Assembly (NCBI RefSeq): GCF_964355755.1 | Contig: NC_092678.1 | Span: forward strand, 15,791,881-15,855,880 | DNA length: 64,000 nt | From: Antedon mediterranea | Lineage: Eukaryota; Animalia; Echinodermata | Reading direction: 5' to 3' | Shown here: positions 41,324 through 54,555 of the stretch, one piece after another | Layout of the letters: each line of letters begins with the position of its first letter | How positions within the stretch are numbered: position 1 is the stretch's first letter | Notes under the pieces: generated by a model | Seen by the model: the letters and a program-made list of their open reading frames with translations, nothing else | What the model was told of the DNA's origin: nothing | Databases searched by the model: none | Position numbers and translations under genes: made by a program

Positions 41324-41516
41324 TAAAAAGTTGATGTTGATGATTTCGTACAATCACAAGAGGTTATCCTGCAACTTCGTTGCGGATAACCAATGATGAT
41401 GATGATGATGATTTCGTACAATCACAAGAGGTTATCCTGCAACTTCGTTGCGGATAACCAATTAAGAAAAAGATGATGATGATGATTTCGTACAATCACA
41501 AGAGGTTATCCTGCAA
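41324..41516 (-). repeat. Stack of three C-type heads, the last cut at its hairpin
   Basis: GATTTCGTACAATCACAAGAGGTTATCCTGCAA occurs three times; the third lacks the second arm. Confidence 0.88.
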
Positions 41517-41669
41517 CAATAACAACATATCATATTCTTCAGTTCAGGTCATAATGCCAACGTGAACACTTCCTTTTGTCCTCAACCTATCCCCTTAATG
41601 TTAATGTTGCACCACTTGCGCGGCGCGGCGGATAACCAAACTCGTCAAAGTGACGAGTTACATGTCTAG
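41517..41669 (+). mobile_element. 3' remainder of the element broken at 22096
   Basis: CAATAACAACATATC...C-type 3' end with CTAG. Confidence 0.85.
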
Positions 41670-43640
41670 TTAGTTATCCGCTTTCACGGATAACTCCTTG
41701 TAACTGTCCTGTTTCATCATCTTTTTAGTTATCCGCTTAGTAGCGGATAACTCCTTGTGATTGTAGTGGATCAATATTTTTTTGTTTTTTCTGTATTATT
41801 AGTTATCCGCACTTGGCGGATAACTCCTTGTTATTGTATGGGATCTTTTTCCTTTTCTGTATTATTCTTCTGTCTTTCTTCCTTTTTTTGTGAGCCCTGT
41901 TTCTCTAAAATGTGTACACAGAACATATCGTAACTTTTTCAAAATATAGACATTTACGTGAAGTTGTGCACCTCCTATTTTTGAAAAACGTCAGAGTTGC
42001 GCAACGTGACTTGCACGCAATTTCATGAATTTAAATGATTGATCATAGATTAAAAACCAAAAGTCGATTTGTATTGAGACTTGGTGAAAATTTAATTTAT
42101 ATCAAGAGTCAATTTTCTGTGGATTAAAAATGGCATGTTTCAGACAAAGTTACGCGCGCACGTGCATTTAAAATTTCAAAATGCGCAAAATTAATTTCTA
42201 ATCAACTTTCTACGCGTTTCATGTAATTTTAAGCATGTCAAAAATTCCCACGCGCCCGCAAATTTTTACGTGCGCGGTGCGCATGTAGCGTTGAAAACAT
42301 ATTTTTTTCTCGTGATTTATGTTTTTCTAGCTTTTTTTAGTAATTTTATCAACTTTTAAACAATTTCGACTTAAAATCACGTCATATGAGCACGTCGAAT
42401 TGAACAATTTGTGCGCTTTTTTGAGGAAAAAGTTCAAAAATTTGTCAAAATTATGCCTTTTTTTAAACAGTCGTAATTTCTAAACTGCACCGTCAACTTT
42501 TTGTGGATAACATATTCTGGAAGTTGATTAGTTGTATATATCGGATCATGTATTAATATGGCTAACCGGACATTATGACGACATTGTATGGCCACGCAAA
42601 TATAAAATAAAGGATTTTTGTATCTTTCGTTATAGGTCATCACATTTAATAGAGCGCATCTCAACTTAGCCGTTTTCCATTTTCACCCCGATTTTTATAT
42701 TGTCTAGGTCAATCAACACAGCTGTTTCAACTAGTGTTAATATATCAGAAAAAGTCAAGCGCCCTCAGTGTTAGCAGATGAGGCTCTCCCGAGTCGCGCG
42801 GACATATAATTTTTGTTTACAAACCATTATTTCGCGAACGCCAAATTAAATTTCGCTATCGTGAGTTTTTATGTAGTAAAACATTTTATACAAAACTAAA
42901 TGATTAAAAAAAGTGTATGTTCAATTAAAAAATAAATATTTTATTGTTTCTTTACTATAAAATAATAAATAAACGACGATATTGTCCATTTTACTGAAAT
43001 ACTCTCCAGCACATAAACCAGGAAGTCAAGATAAACTGTGTAAAGAAATGGTAAACAATCGTAAGTAGAAAATATCATTGTATTCTTTACTTTTTTTGTG
43101 GATATAATTAATTTTTTTAGAAAAAGAACGAACTAGAATATAGTCCATCATTATTATATAAACAAAATAATACTAGTTTTGTTAATATAGCCTGGTTCAG
43201 TTTTTAGTAAAACTCGCATATTTTGCAACCCCTTTATACATTGTTATTGTTGTCGGCGAGAAAACGGTTTGGCGATAGGCTTAGAAAGTGCGTTGACGCC
43301 CGCGATGACCGTGACGGTAATGTGGGCCTAGAATAAAGCTAGGCCGAAACATAGAAAATTCGTAATAGTTAAACCTTTAATTACCCTAATCCTAAATTTA
43401 ATCATTATAACTGTTACCAAATAATTAATGGCATGTGTTTATAATAATAATTATTGCTTTCCTGGTGCATTTTTAGGCTAGCTGGTGTGACTGAGTGACA
43501 GTCACAGCCTAGGCTAGGCCTCAATAGTAATACATTTGTATAATAATGTTTTAATATTTTGACTATTAGCTCTCTTGTTTGGATTTGTTTGGACACAAAA
43601 CTGAAGTACTGTAGATTAAAAAATTGATTTATTTTTAAAG

Positions 43641-44870
43641 GAAAGTACAGTTGCATCTATTCTTTTTGTAATCAAGATGACATCAGAACCAACAATGTTC
43701 CTCAAGCCTGTAGACATCTCAAGGCCTACAATCATGACTACAAGTTTTTTGTAGACCATGGCAGTGAAAAAAAAAAGAAGCAAAATAATATCGCACAGTG
43801 TTGTTAGGCCATACCTGGTAGACATTGAATTAAACAGGGTAGGTAAATAATCATAACCACCTCTTTAGAAAGTTTAATACACACTCCAAACAATGAAATG
43901 TGTGTTTGTACTTCATATTAAAGAACAATGTTAGTATAAAATAACTGTCGAAACAAACAATTGTTACAGTAATTTATAAATATACCTCTTTTCTTTATTA
44001 AATATTTCCTCAATCAACTATTTTTCCAGGTGTCAATATGTTATAATATTCAACATGCGACAGGATGCTGACATCTTGACTGGTAAATTCAAATGTTGTT
44101 TCAACTTTACATTGACATTACATAATAACTCAATTGGTCAAGTTGCTCTTTAAATATACATTGTCCATTTGAGCATAGAATTTCAAAATTGTTTATCCTA
44201 TTGTTATGCATAATAAAGCAAACCTTTGGCTGGAACTTATTTTCCTATGAATTATCCATATATTATCATTATCTGCTACAAGAAATAGTTGTTAACATTT
44301 TGAAAATATAATAATGTTGATGCTCATTTTTTATGCAGATTGACATTTATTTGGTTGACCAATACTGTTTAATCTCAGGTGATCATCTAGGAGAAAGAGA
44401 AAATCAGAAGCTGCAGCACATCGACATGCTACAAAGTACAATGATTAAAATCCAGTCTTTAGAAGAGAATCTTGAGCATTTAAGAAATGAACTCTCAGTG
44501 TCACTTGTGACAAAACAGCATAGTAAGATTGCAGAGACTGGCCACATAATAAATCTAAAAGAACAAGAGGTCAAAGACTTGGTCAGTCCTACATTATATA
44601 CCTTTAAAATTATGTCTAAAACATGCAATACTATAAAAATGAATTCTTTTATATATTTTATATAGCGAACTACTATGAACCAAGAGATTTGAAACTGGAA
44701 CTCTATGTACAAAAATGGACGAGGTATTTAGAAAAAATAAATTCCTCGACAGCAGTACCATGGAAAGAGTTTTGTGGGAAATCATGAAGTCACATCTGAC
44801 GTTTATTTCACCTGAGATCCAGCATGAAGTAACTAGGCCGGTAACTAAGTGCAGAAAAGTTGAGGAATAG
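43641..44870 (+). pseudogene. Degenerate spliced gene of unknown function inside the CAC-ended element (putative exons ~43641-43838, 44030-44082, 44379-44581, 44666-44870)
   Basis: Polypyrimidine-AG acceptors and GT donors flank higher-complexity segments. Peptides KYSCIYSFCNQDDIRTNNVPQACRHLKAYNH and GDHLGERENQKLQHIDMLQSTMIKIQSLEENLEHLRNEL (coiled-coil-like). Frames do not join cleanly. Confidence 0.45.
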
Positions 44871-45025
44871 TTTGCTATTTCTCAGTTAATTGTTATAGTA
44901 TTGCATATTATATGTACAGTATACCATATGAATGGTAGTATTTTTTTGTGTTATTGCTAGAACAATGATTTTGTAAATATTTAACAAATGGTATATGAAT
45001 TGTAATTTAATTTAATTTTTTGGAA

Positions 45026-45950
45026 GTTATTTTATTTTAATTTGGTTTTATATATATTATTGATTGATAACGGAAATTGATGTTATTTACTGATTTAGAT
45101 TGTGATTGCATATACAATACAAATATGATAGAAATATGCATTTATAATTAAATATCTAATGTCACAGTACTCTATAGCTTCTTTCTATTAATATATTACA
45201 GATCTTTGACTAAGACATGCTAGGTAGGCTGCTAGCCTTTAACCTGCTGATGATGTAGCCTAGCCTATATATAGTATAGGCCTAGCTAGGCATGTAACCT
45301 GGCCTACTCTGTACTCCTCTCTCCCAATATGAATGATTATTAAAAAAAGCTTAGGCCTAGGCTAGGCCTAATTTTTAATTAGGACCAGGAACAAGTAATT
45401 AATCAGCTTTATAACAGGTCAACTGTCATTTAGGCCCCCCGAATAGACATATTTACATGTTAAAAATAAACAGTTATTTTATTTTAATTTGGTTTATATA
45501 TTAATAATTATTTATTGATAACGGAAATTTATGTTATTTACTGATTTAGATTGTGATTCATTGCATATCAAAATAATAAATATACAATACAAATATGAAA
45601 GAAATATGCATTTATGATTAAATATCTAATGTCACAGTACTATATAGCTTCTTTCTATTAATATATTACAGATCTTTGACTAAGACATGCTAGGTAGGCT
45701 GCTAGCCTTTAACCTGCTGATGAGGTAGCCTAGCCTATATATAATATATAATATAAGCCTAGCTAGGCCTGTAGCCTGGCCTACTCTGTACTCCTCTCTC
45801 CCAATATGAATGATTATTAAAAAAGCTTTAGGCCTAGGCTAGGCCTAATTTTTAATTAGGACCAGGAACAAGTAATTAATCAGCTTTATAACAGGTCAAC
45901 TGTCACTGAGGCCCCCCGAATATACATGTTTACGTGTTAAAAATAAACAG
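45026..45950. repeat. Tandem duplication of ~450-475 bp inside the CAC-ended element
   Basis: GTTATTTT..AATTTGGTTT at ~45026 and ~45473; both copies end GTTAAAAATAAACAG. Confidence 0.9.
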
Positions 45951-48900
45951 CCATTAGTCTTACACAGCTGGTTTTAACCACGCAATGGGGCCTGGGCATA
46001 GCCTATTATAAGCTAGCGTAGGAAAAAATCCAGCCAGGCAATATGAATACGATCCTTGTTAAAACATTCAAGGATAACTAAAGTATCCAACTAAATCAAA
46101 GAATTCAACAGAAAAAATTATTTTTAAACTGATATGGAAAACAACATTTATACCTACTTTTTAAATGTATCACTTGAGAAAAAAACTGGCGTTGGGTGTA
46201 CAATTTTCAATTACATTACCTCTTAAAATCCACGTGATAAAACAACGACAACATGTTTTTCACCTTCATCCAGGGTTGTTCTAATGAATATTCATTATTT
46301 TTCTGACTTTCGCGGTCTTTATTTGTTTTTATTGGCTATTAAAAAACAGTCGTTTTATGCTTGATTGCTTCCGGGTTCCTCATGTGGTTTGTATACAATA
46401 TGTTTTCGGAATCGCTACTCCATAAAACGCTATGAAACGTTGGGGGCGCTGCACTTAATTCATATTTCTGGAACAGCTGTGTCAACTATCTTTCGCATGA
46501 GTTAAAAATATTTTAATTTTTATGACGTCATCATGCCTAAACATTTAAATTACGTGTGGCATTAATTTCATCTTTACAGTAAATTTTAATCTGTTATAGC
46601 TCGTAAGAATAAAATGTGATAATCACGATTAAAACGTTTTCTAGTAGCTATTGGATTGTAGATAGGAAATCATGTAAACATTTTGCCAATCGAATGTTGT
46701 GACGTCATCATATGGCCAGTTAAATAAAAAAAATCGTATTTTCATCTTTTGCGTCATAGTTCATTACATTTAAAAGAACGCGCATCAATATTTCACGTGT
46801 TCAAATTTCTTCCACACGTTAATATGTTGTTGCTGAGATAATTTCCTTCCGAAATTGCTACATTCGCGTTTCATTTTGAAACCGTCAATATGTTAAAAAT
46901 TTGAATAAATAGCGGGTCCCGTAATTTCACCTATTCTACACTGTATGTGATATGTATACAGATTATACTGTGTATACTATATGACACAAAATAACAGAAT
47001 TCAGCAATAAAAACATATCATATTCTTCAGTTCAGGTCACAATGCCATAATCTTTTTCCGTGTGCAATATTCCAACGTATGACGTGCACGTGGCGTTTGT
47101 CGTGCGGATAACTAACTCGTCAAAGTGACGAGTTTCATGTCTAGTTCTTATTTCTTTCCCATTTTTTTGTGAGTCACGTTTCTCTAAAATGTGTAAACGT
47201 AACATTTTATAACTTTGACAACATGTGGGCATTTACGTGAAGTTGTGCATCTCCTATTTTGAATGACGTCAGAGTTGCGCAACGTGACTTGCGCGCGATT
47301 TTATGATTTTTAATGATTGATGATAGCTTAAAAACCAAGAGTAATTTTCTGTTTACCCTTTATGAAAATTTAAGTCATATCAAGGGCAAACTGTTAGTGC
47401 ACTAAAAATGGCATGTTTTACAAAAAGTTACGCGTGCACGCGCATTTAAAATTTCAAAATGCGCAAAATTAATTTCTAATCAACTTTCTACGCGTTTCAT
47501 GTCATTTTAAGCATGTAAAAAATTCCCACGCGTGCGCACATTTTTACGTGTGCGGTGCGCACGTAGCATTAAAAACATGTTTTTTTCGAGTGATTTATGT
47601 TTTTCCAGTCTTTTATAGTAATTTTACCAACTTTTAATCACTTTCGACTTAAAAGTTACGTCATACGAGCACGTCGAATTGGACAATTTGCGCTCGTTTT
47701 TGATGAAAAAGTACAAAAATTTGTCAAAATTATGCCTTTTTTTAAACAGTCGTAATTTCTAAACTACACGGTCAACTTTTTGTGGATGACATATTCCGGA
47801 AGTTGATGAGTTGTAGATATCGGATCATGTATTAATATGGCTAACCGGACATTTTAACGTCATCGTATGGCCACGCGAATATAAAATTGAGGATTTTTGT
47901 ATCTTTCGTCATAGCTCATCACATTTAATAGAGCGCATCTCCACTTATCCATTTTCCATTTTCACCCCGATTTTGATATTGTCTAGGTCAATCAACTATC
48001 TTTCGCATGAGTTAAAAATATTTTAATGATTATGACGTCATCATGCCTAAAAATTTAAATTACATGTGGCATTAATTTCATCTTTACAGAACATTTTAAT
48101 CTGTTATAGCTCGTAAGAATAAAATGTGATAATCACGATTAAAACGTTTTCTGGAAGCTATTGGATTGTAGATACAAAATCATGTAAAAATTTGGCAAAT
48201 CGGATGTTGTGACGTCATCATATGGCCAGTTAAATAAAAAAAGTCATATTTTCATATTTTGCGTCATAGTTCATTACATTTAAAAGAGCGCGCATTAATA
48301 TTTTACGTATTAAAATTTCTTCTACACGTTAATATGTTGTTGCTGAGATAATTTCCTTCCGAAATTCCTATATCAGTGTTTCATTTTCATACCGTCACCA
48401 TGTTAAAAATTGGAATAAATGACGGGACCCGTAATTTCGCCTATCCTACACTGTATTATGTATACAGATTATACTATGTATACTGTAAATAGTATATGAC
48501 ACAAAATATACAGCATTTAGCACTAACAACATATTATACTCTTCAGTTCATGTCAATATGCCATAATCTTTTTCTGTGTCCAATGTATGACGTGCACGTG
48601 GAGTTTGTCGTGCGGATAACTAACTCGTCAAAGTGACGAGTTTCATGTCTAGTTAGTTATCCGCACATGGCAGTGTGCGGATAACTCCTTGTTATTGTAT
48701 GGGATCTTTTTTTTTTTTTGGTTATCCGCAACTTGTAAAGTTGCGGATAACCCTTGTTATTGTAAATATCTTTTTCTTCATCTTCTTTGTTATTGGTTAT
48801 CCGCAACGAAGTTGCAGGATAACCTCTTGTGATTGTACGAGATCAACATCATCTTTTTCTTGATCTTCTTTCTTTCTGTATGATTTTTGTGGAACGCTTT

Positions 48901-51900
48901 TCTCTAAAACTTGTAAACATAACATTTTGTAACTTTCTCAACATATCGTCATGCACATGAAGATGTGCTGCGAAGCTTTTCATGACGTTTACAATTGCGC
49001 AACGTGACTTACGCGTGATTTAACGATTTCCTCGTATTTAACATAGGTCGAAAACCAAATAACATTTCAAATTGAAACTTTCCAAAAGTTTAATTTATAT
49101 CATGCGCTAACTTTATGTTGAAAAAAAATTGCGTGTTTTACACAAAGTTACGCGCGCACGCGCATTTAAAATTTCAAAATGCGCAAAATTAATTTCTAAT
49201 CAACTTTCTACGCGTTTCATGTCGTTTTAAGCATGTAAAAAATTCCCACGCGTGCGCAAATTTTTACGTGTGCGGTGCGCACGTAGCATTGAAAACATAT
49301 TTTTTTCGCGTGATTTATGTTTTTCCAGCCTTTTCTAGTAATTTTATCAAATTTTAAACAATTTCGACTTAAAGTTACGTCATACGAGCACGTCGAATTG
49401 GACAATTTGCGCGTGTTTTTGATGAAAAAGTTCAAAATTCCGTTAAAAATATGCCTTTTTTTAAACAGTCGTAATTTCTAAACTACACGGTCAACTTTTT
49501 GTGGATGACATATTCTGGAAGTTGATGAGTTGTAGATATCGGATCAGGTATTAATATGGCTAACCGGACATTGTGACGTCATCGTATGGCCACACGAATA
49601 TAAAATTTAGGATTTTTGTATCTTTCGTCATAGCTCATCACATTATATAGAGCGCATCTCCACTTATTCGTTTTCCATTTTAACCCCGATTTTGATATTG
49701 TCTAGGTCAATCAACTATCTTTCACATGAGTTAAAAATATTTTAATTTTTATGACGTCATCATGCCTAACAATTTAAATTACGTGTGGCATTAATTTCAT
49801 CTTTACAGTAAATTTTAATCTGTTATAGCTCGTAAGAATAAAATGTGACAATCACGATTAAAACGTTTTCTGGAAGCTATTGGATTGTAGATACGAAATA
49901 ATGTAAAAATTTTGCCAATCGGATGTTGTGACGTCATCATATGGCCAGTTAAATAAAAAAGATCGTATTTTCATCTTTTGCGTCATAATTCATTACATTT
50001 AAAAGAGCGCGCATCAATATTTCACATATTCAAATTTCTTCTACACATTAATATGTTGTTGCTGAGATAATTTTCTTCCGAAATTTCTACCTTCGCGTTT
50101 CATTTTAAAACCGTGAACATGTTAAAAATTGCAATAAATGGCGGGTCCCGTAATTTCACCTATTCTACACTGTATGTGATATGGATACAGATTATACTTT
50201 GTATACTATATATGAATCTAAATAATAAAATTCAGCAATAACAACATATCATATTCTTCAGTTCAGGTCATACGTGAACACTTCCTTTTGTCCTCAACCT
50301 ATCCCCTTAATGTTAATGTTGCACCACTTGCGCGGCGGATAACCAAACTCGTCAAAGTGACGAGTTACATGTCTAGTTCTTCTTTCTTTCCCGGATTTTT
50401 GTGACCAGCATATCTCTATTGCTTGTGAACATAACTTTGTATAACTTGGTAAAAAGATTGACATTGAAGTGTAGATGTGCAGCCAACCTTTTGGACGATG
50501 TCAGATCGGCGTTGCGTAAGTTACGCGCGATTTTATGAATTTCGCGTATTTAACATAGACTAAAAACCAAATGTCATTTTGTAATAACACTTGGAGAAAA
50601 TTTAAGTCATATCAAGTGCAAACTTTCTATGGATTAAAAATGGCATGTTTCACATAAAGTTACGCGCGCACGCGCGTTTAAAATTTCAAAATGCGTAAAA
50701 TCAATTTCTAATCAATTTTCTACGCGTTTCAGGTCATTTTGAGCATTTCAAAAATTCCCACGCGTGCGCAATTTTTTTACGCGCGTGTGGGCACTTAGCG
50801 CAAAAACATCTTTTTTTTGCTTGATTTTTGTTTTTTCAGCCTTTTCTAGTAAATTTACCAATTTTCAATCAATTTCGACTTCAAATCACGTCATACGAGC
50901 ACGTAGAATTGAACAATTTGCGCGCGTTTTTGATGAAAAAGTTCAAAAATTCGTCAAAATTATGCCTTTTTTAAAACAGTCATAGATTCTAAACTCCGTG
51001 GTGAACTTTTTTATAATTACATATTCTGGTAGTAGATGAGTTGTAAATATCGAATCATGTATCAATATGGCTATCAGGACATTGTGATGTCATCGTATGG
51101 CCACTCGAATATAAAATATATGATTTTTTTCTCTTTCGTATAGCTCATCACATTTAATAGAGCGCATCTCCACTTATCGGTATTCCATTGCCCTCCATTT
51201 CTATATATTGTCTATGTCAATCAATTATCTTTCGCATGATTCACCATTTAAAAAATTGTTATGACGTCATCATGTGCAAAAGCGTCAATAACTTTGGTCA
51301 CTTATTTTCAACTATTCTGAACTGTATGTAGTACGTATACGGTATATAGTGTATACCGTATACACTTTGACGTGACGCAAGATAGAGAGCGCACTCACAT
51401 TTTTTCAATGGCATAATCGTTTTTCTGCGCGCAATATTCCAACGTATGACGTGCACGTGACTTTAGGACTGCGGATAACCTAACTCATCCGTAGTGACGA
51501 GTTCAAATCTAGTTTTTCTGTATTATTCTTCTGTCTTTCTTCCTTTTTTTGTGAGCCTTGTTTCTCTAAAATGTGTAAACAGAACATATCATAACTTTGT
51601 CAACATATAGATATTTACGTGAAGTTGTGCACCTCCTATTTTTGAAAAAAGTCACAGTTGCGCAACGTGACTTGCGCGCAATTTTATGAATTTAAATGAT
51701 TGATCATAGATTAAAAACGGAAAGTCATTTTGTATTGAGACTTGGTGAAAATTTAATTCATATCAAGAGTCAACTTTCTGTGGATTAAAAATGGCATGTT
51801 TCACACAAAGTTACGCGCGCACGCGTATTTAAAATTTTAAAATGCGAAAAATCAATTTCTAATCAACTTTCTACGCGTTTCTTGTCATTTTGAGCATGTC

Positions 51901-54555
51901 AAAAATTCCCACACGTGCGCAAATTTTTACGCGCGAGGGGCGCATGTAGCGTTAAAAACATACTTTTTTCATGTGATTTATGTTTTTCCAGCTTTTTCTA
52001 GTAATTTTACCAACTTTTAAACAATTTCGACTTAAAATTACGTCATACGAGCACGTCGAATTGGATAATTTGCGCGCGTATTTCATCAAAAAGCTAAAAA
52101 AAATCGTCAAAATTATGCCTTTTTTTAAACAGTCGTAGTTTCTAAACTAAACGGTGAAAGTTATTTTTATTACATATTCTGGAAGTTGATGAGTTGTAGA
52201 TATCAAATCATACATTAATATGGCTAACAGGACATTGTGACGTCATCGTATGGCCACGCGAATATAAAATATAGGATTTTTGTCTCTTTCGTTATTGCTC
52301 ATCACATTCAATGGAGCGCATCACGCTTATCCGTATTCCATTTTCTCCGAGATTTTAATATTGTCTTGGTCAATCAACTACCTTTCAAATGAGTTAAAAA
52401 TATTTTAATTTTTGTAACGTCATCATGCCTAAAAATTTTAATTACGTGGGTCATTAATTTCATCTTTACAGTAAATTTTAATCTGTTATCGCTCGTAAGA
52501 ATAAAATGGGATAATCACGATTAAAATGTTTTCTGGAAGCTATTGGATTGTAGATACGAAATCATGTAAACATTTTGCCAATCGGATGTTGTGACATCAT
52601 CATATGGCCAGTTAAATAAAAAAAGTCGTATTTTCATCTTTTGCGTCATAGTTCATTACATTTAAAAGAGCGCGCATCAATATTTCACGTGTTCAAATTT
52701 CTTCTACACGTTAATATGTTGTTGTTGAGATAATTTCCTTCCGAAATTGCTACATTCACGTTTCATTTTGAAACTGTCAATATGTTAAAAATTTGAATAA
52801 ATAGCGGGTCCCGTAATTTCACCTATTCTACACTGTATGTGATATGTATACAGATTATACTGTGTATACTATATGACACAAAATAACAGAATTCAGCAAT
52901 AACAACATATCATATTCTTCAGTTCAGGTCACAATGCCATAATCTTTTTCTGTGTGCAATATTCCAACGTATGATGTGCACGTGGCGTTTGTCGTGCGGA
53001 TAACTAACTCGTCAAAGTGACGAGTTTCATGTCTAGTATATTATTCTTCTGTCTTTCTCCCTCACTTTTTGTGCAGAGCGTATCTCTAAAATGGGTAAAC
53101 ATAACATTTCATAACTTTGTCAACATATGGGCATTTACGTGAAGTTGTGCACCTCCTATTTTTGAATGACGTCAGAGTTTCGCAACGTGACTTACGCGCG
53201 ATTTTATGATTTTTTATGATTGCTCATAGACTAAAAACCAAGCATAATTTAGTTTTGACACTTTGTGAAAATTTAAGTCATATCAAGTGCAAACTTTTTA
53301 TTGATTAAAAATGGCATGTTTTACAAGAAGTTACGCGCGCACGCGCATTTAAAGTTTCAAAATGCGTAAAATTAATTTTTAATCAACTTTTTACACGACT
53401 CATGACATTTCGCGCATGTCAAAAATTCCCACGTGCACGCATTTTTTTACGCGCGCGGTGGCCACGTACCGTGAAAAACATCTTTTTTTCTCATGAATTA
53501 TGTTTTTCCAGCCTTCTAGAGTAATTTTACCATGTTAAAACCATTTGTGACTTTAAATTACGTCATACGAGCACGTCGAATTGGAAAATTTACGCGCGTT
53601 TTTGACCAAAAAGCTAAAAAAATCGTCAAAATTATGTCTTTTTTTAAACAGTCGTAGTTTCTAAACTAAACGGTGAAAGTTATTTTTATTACATATTCTG
53701 GAAGTTGATGAGTTGTAGATATCAAATCATACATTAATATGGCTAACAGGATATTTTGACGTCATCATATGGCCACACGAATATAAAATAAAGGATTTTT
53801 GTCTCTTTCGTTATTGCTCATCACATTCAATGGAGCGCATCACGCTTATCCGTATTCCATTTTCTCCGAGATTTTAATATTGTCTAGGTCAATCAACTAC
53901 CTTTTGCATGAGTTAAAAATATTTTAATATTTGTAACGTCATCATGCCTAAAAATGTTATATACTTGGGTCATTAATTTCATCTTTACAGTAAATTTTAA
54001 TCTGTTATCGCTCGTAAGAACAAAATGGGATAATCACGATTAAAATGTTTTCTGGAAGCTATTGGATTGTAGATACGAAATCATGTAAACATTTTGCCAA
54101 TCGAATGTTGTGACGTCATCATATGGCCAGTTAAATAAAAAAAATCGTATTTTCATCTTTTGCGTCATAGTTCATTACATTTAAAAGAACGCGCATCAAT
54201 ATTTCACGTGTTCAAATTTCTTCCACACGTTAATATGTTGTTGCTGAGATAATTTCCTTCCGAAATTGCTACATTCGCGTTTCATTTTGAAACCGTCAAT
54301 ATGTTAAAAATTTGAATAAATAGCGGGTCCCGTAATTTCACCTATTCTACACTGTATGTGATATGTATACAGATTATACTGTGTATACTATATGACACAA
54401 AATAACAGAATTCAGCAATAAAAACATATCATATTCTTCAGTTCAGGTCACAATGCCATAATCTTTTTCCGTGTGCAATATTCCAACGTATGACGTGCAC
54501 GTGGCGTTTGTCGTGCGGATAACTAACTCGTCAAAGTGACGAGTTTCATGTCTAG

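Larger units (their letters stand above)
22097..41516 (-). other. 19.4 kb inverted slab of nested HINEs inserted within a plus-strand element
   Basis: All 15 heads and 12 CTAG ends here are on the minus strand; the flanks 22096|41517 rejoin with loss of CAG. Confidence 0.85.
42717..46481. mobile_element. 3.8 kb cut-and-paste DNA transposon derivative with CAC termini and a 4-bp TSD (Chapaev-like)
   Basis: TIR CACAGCTGTT(T/C)CA at both ends. TCAA is duplicated at 42713-42716 and 46482-46485 (intact copies read GGTCAATCAACTATC). Confidence 0.8.
41670..54555 (+). mobile_element. Nested group. Heads at 41670, 41725, 41799, 48653, 48718 and 48793; bodies end at 47144, 48652, 50376, 51512, 53036 and 54555
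   Basis: Six heads and six CTAG ends close in last-in-first-out order. Head 41725 plus body 47145 equals the intact element at 54556-56138. Confidence 0.85.

Noticed and set aside
42717-46481. RAG-like or Transib transposon, because CACAG resembles the RSS heptamer
   Set aside because: The TSD is 4 bp rather than 5, and no RAG1/Transib core or RAG2-like sequence is visible
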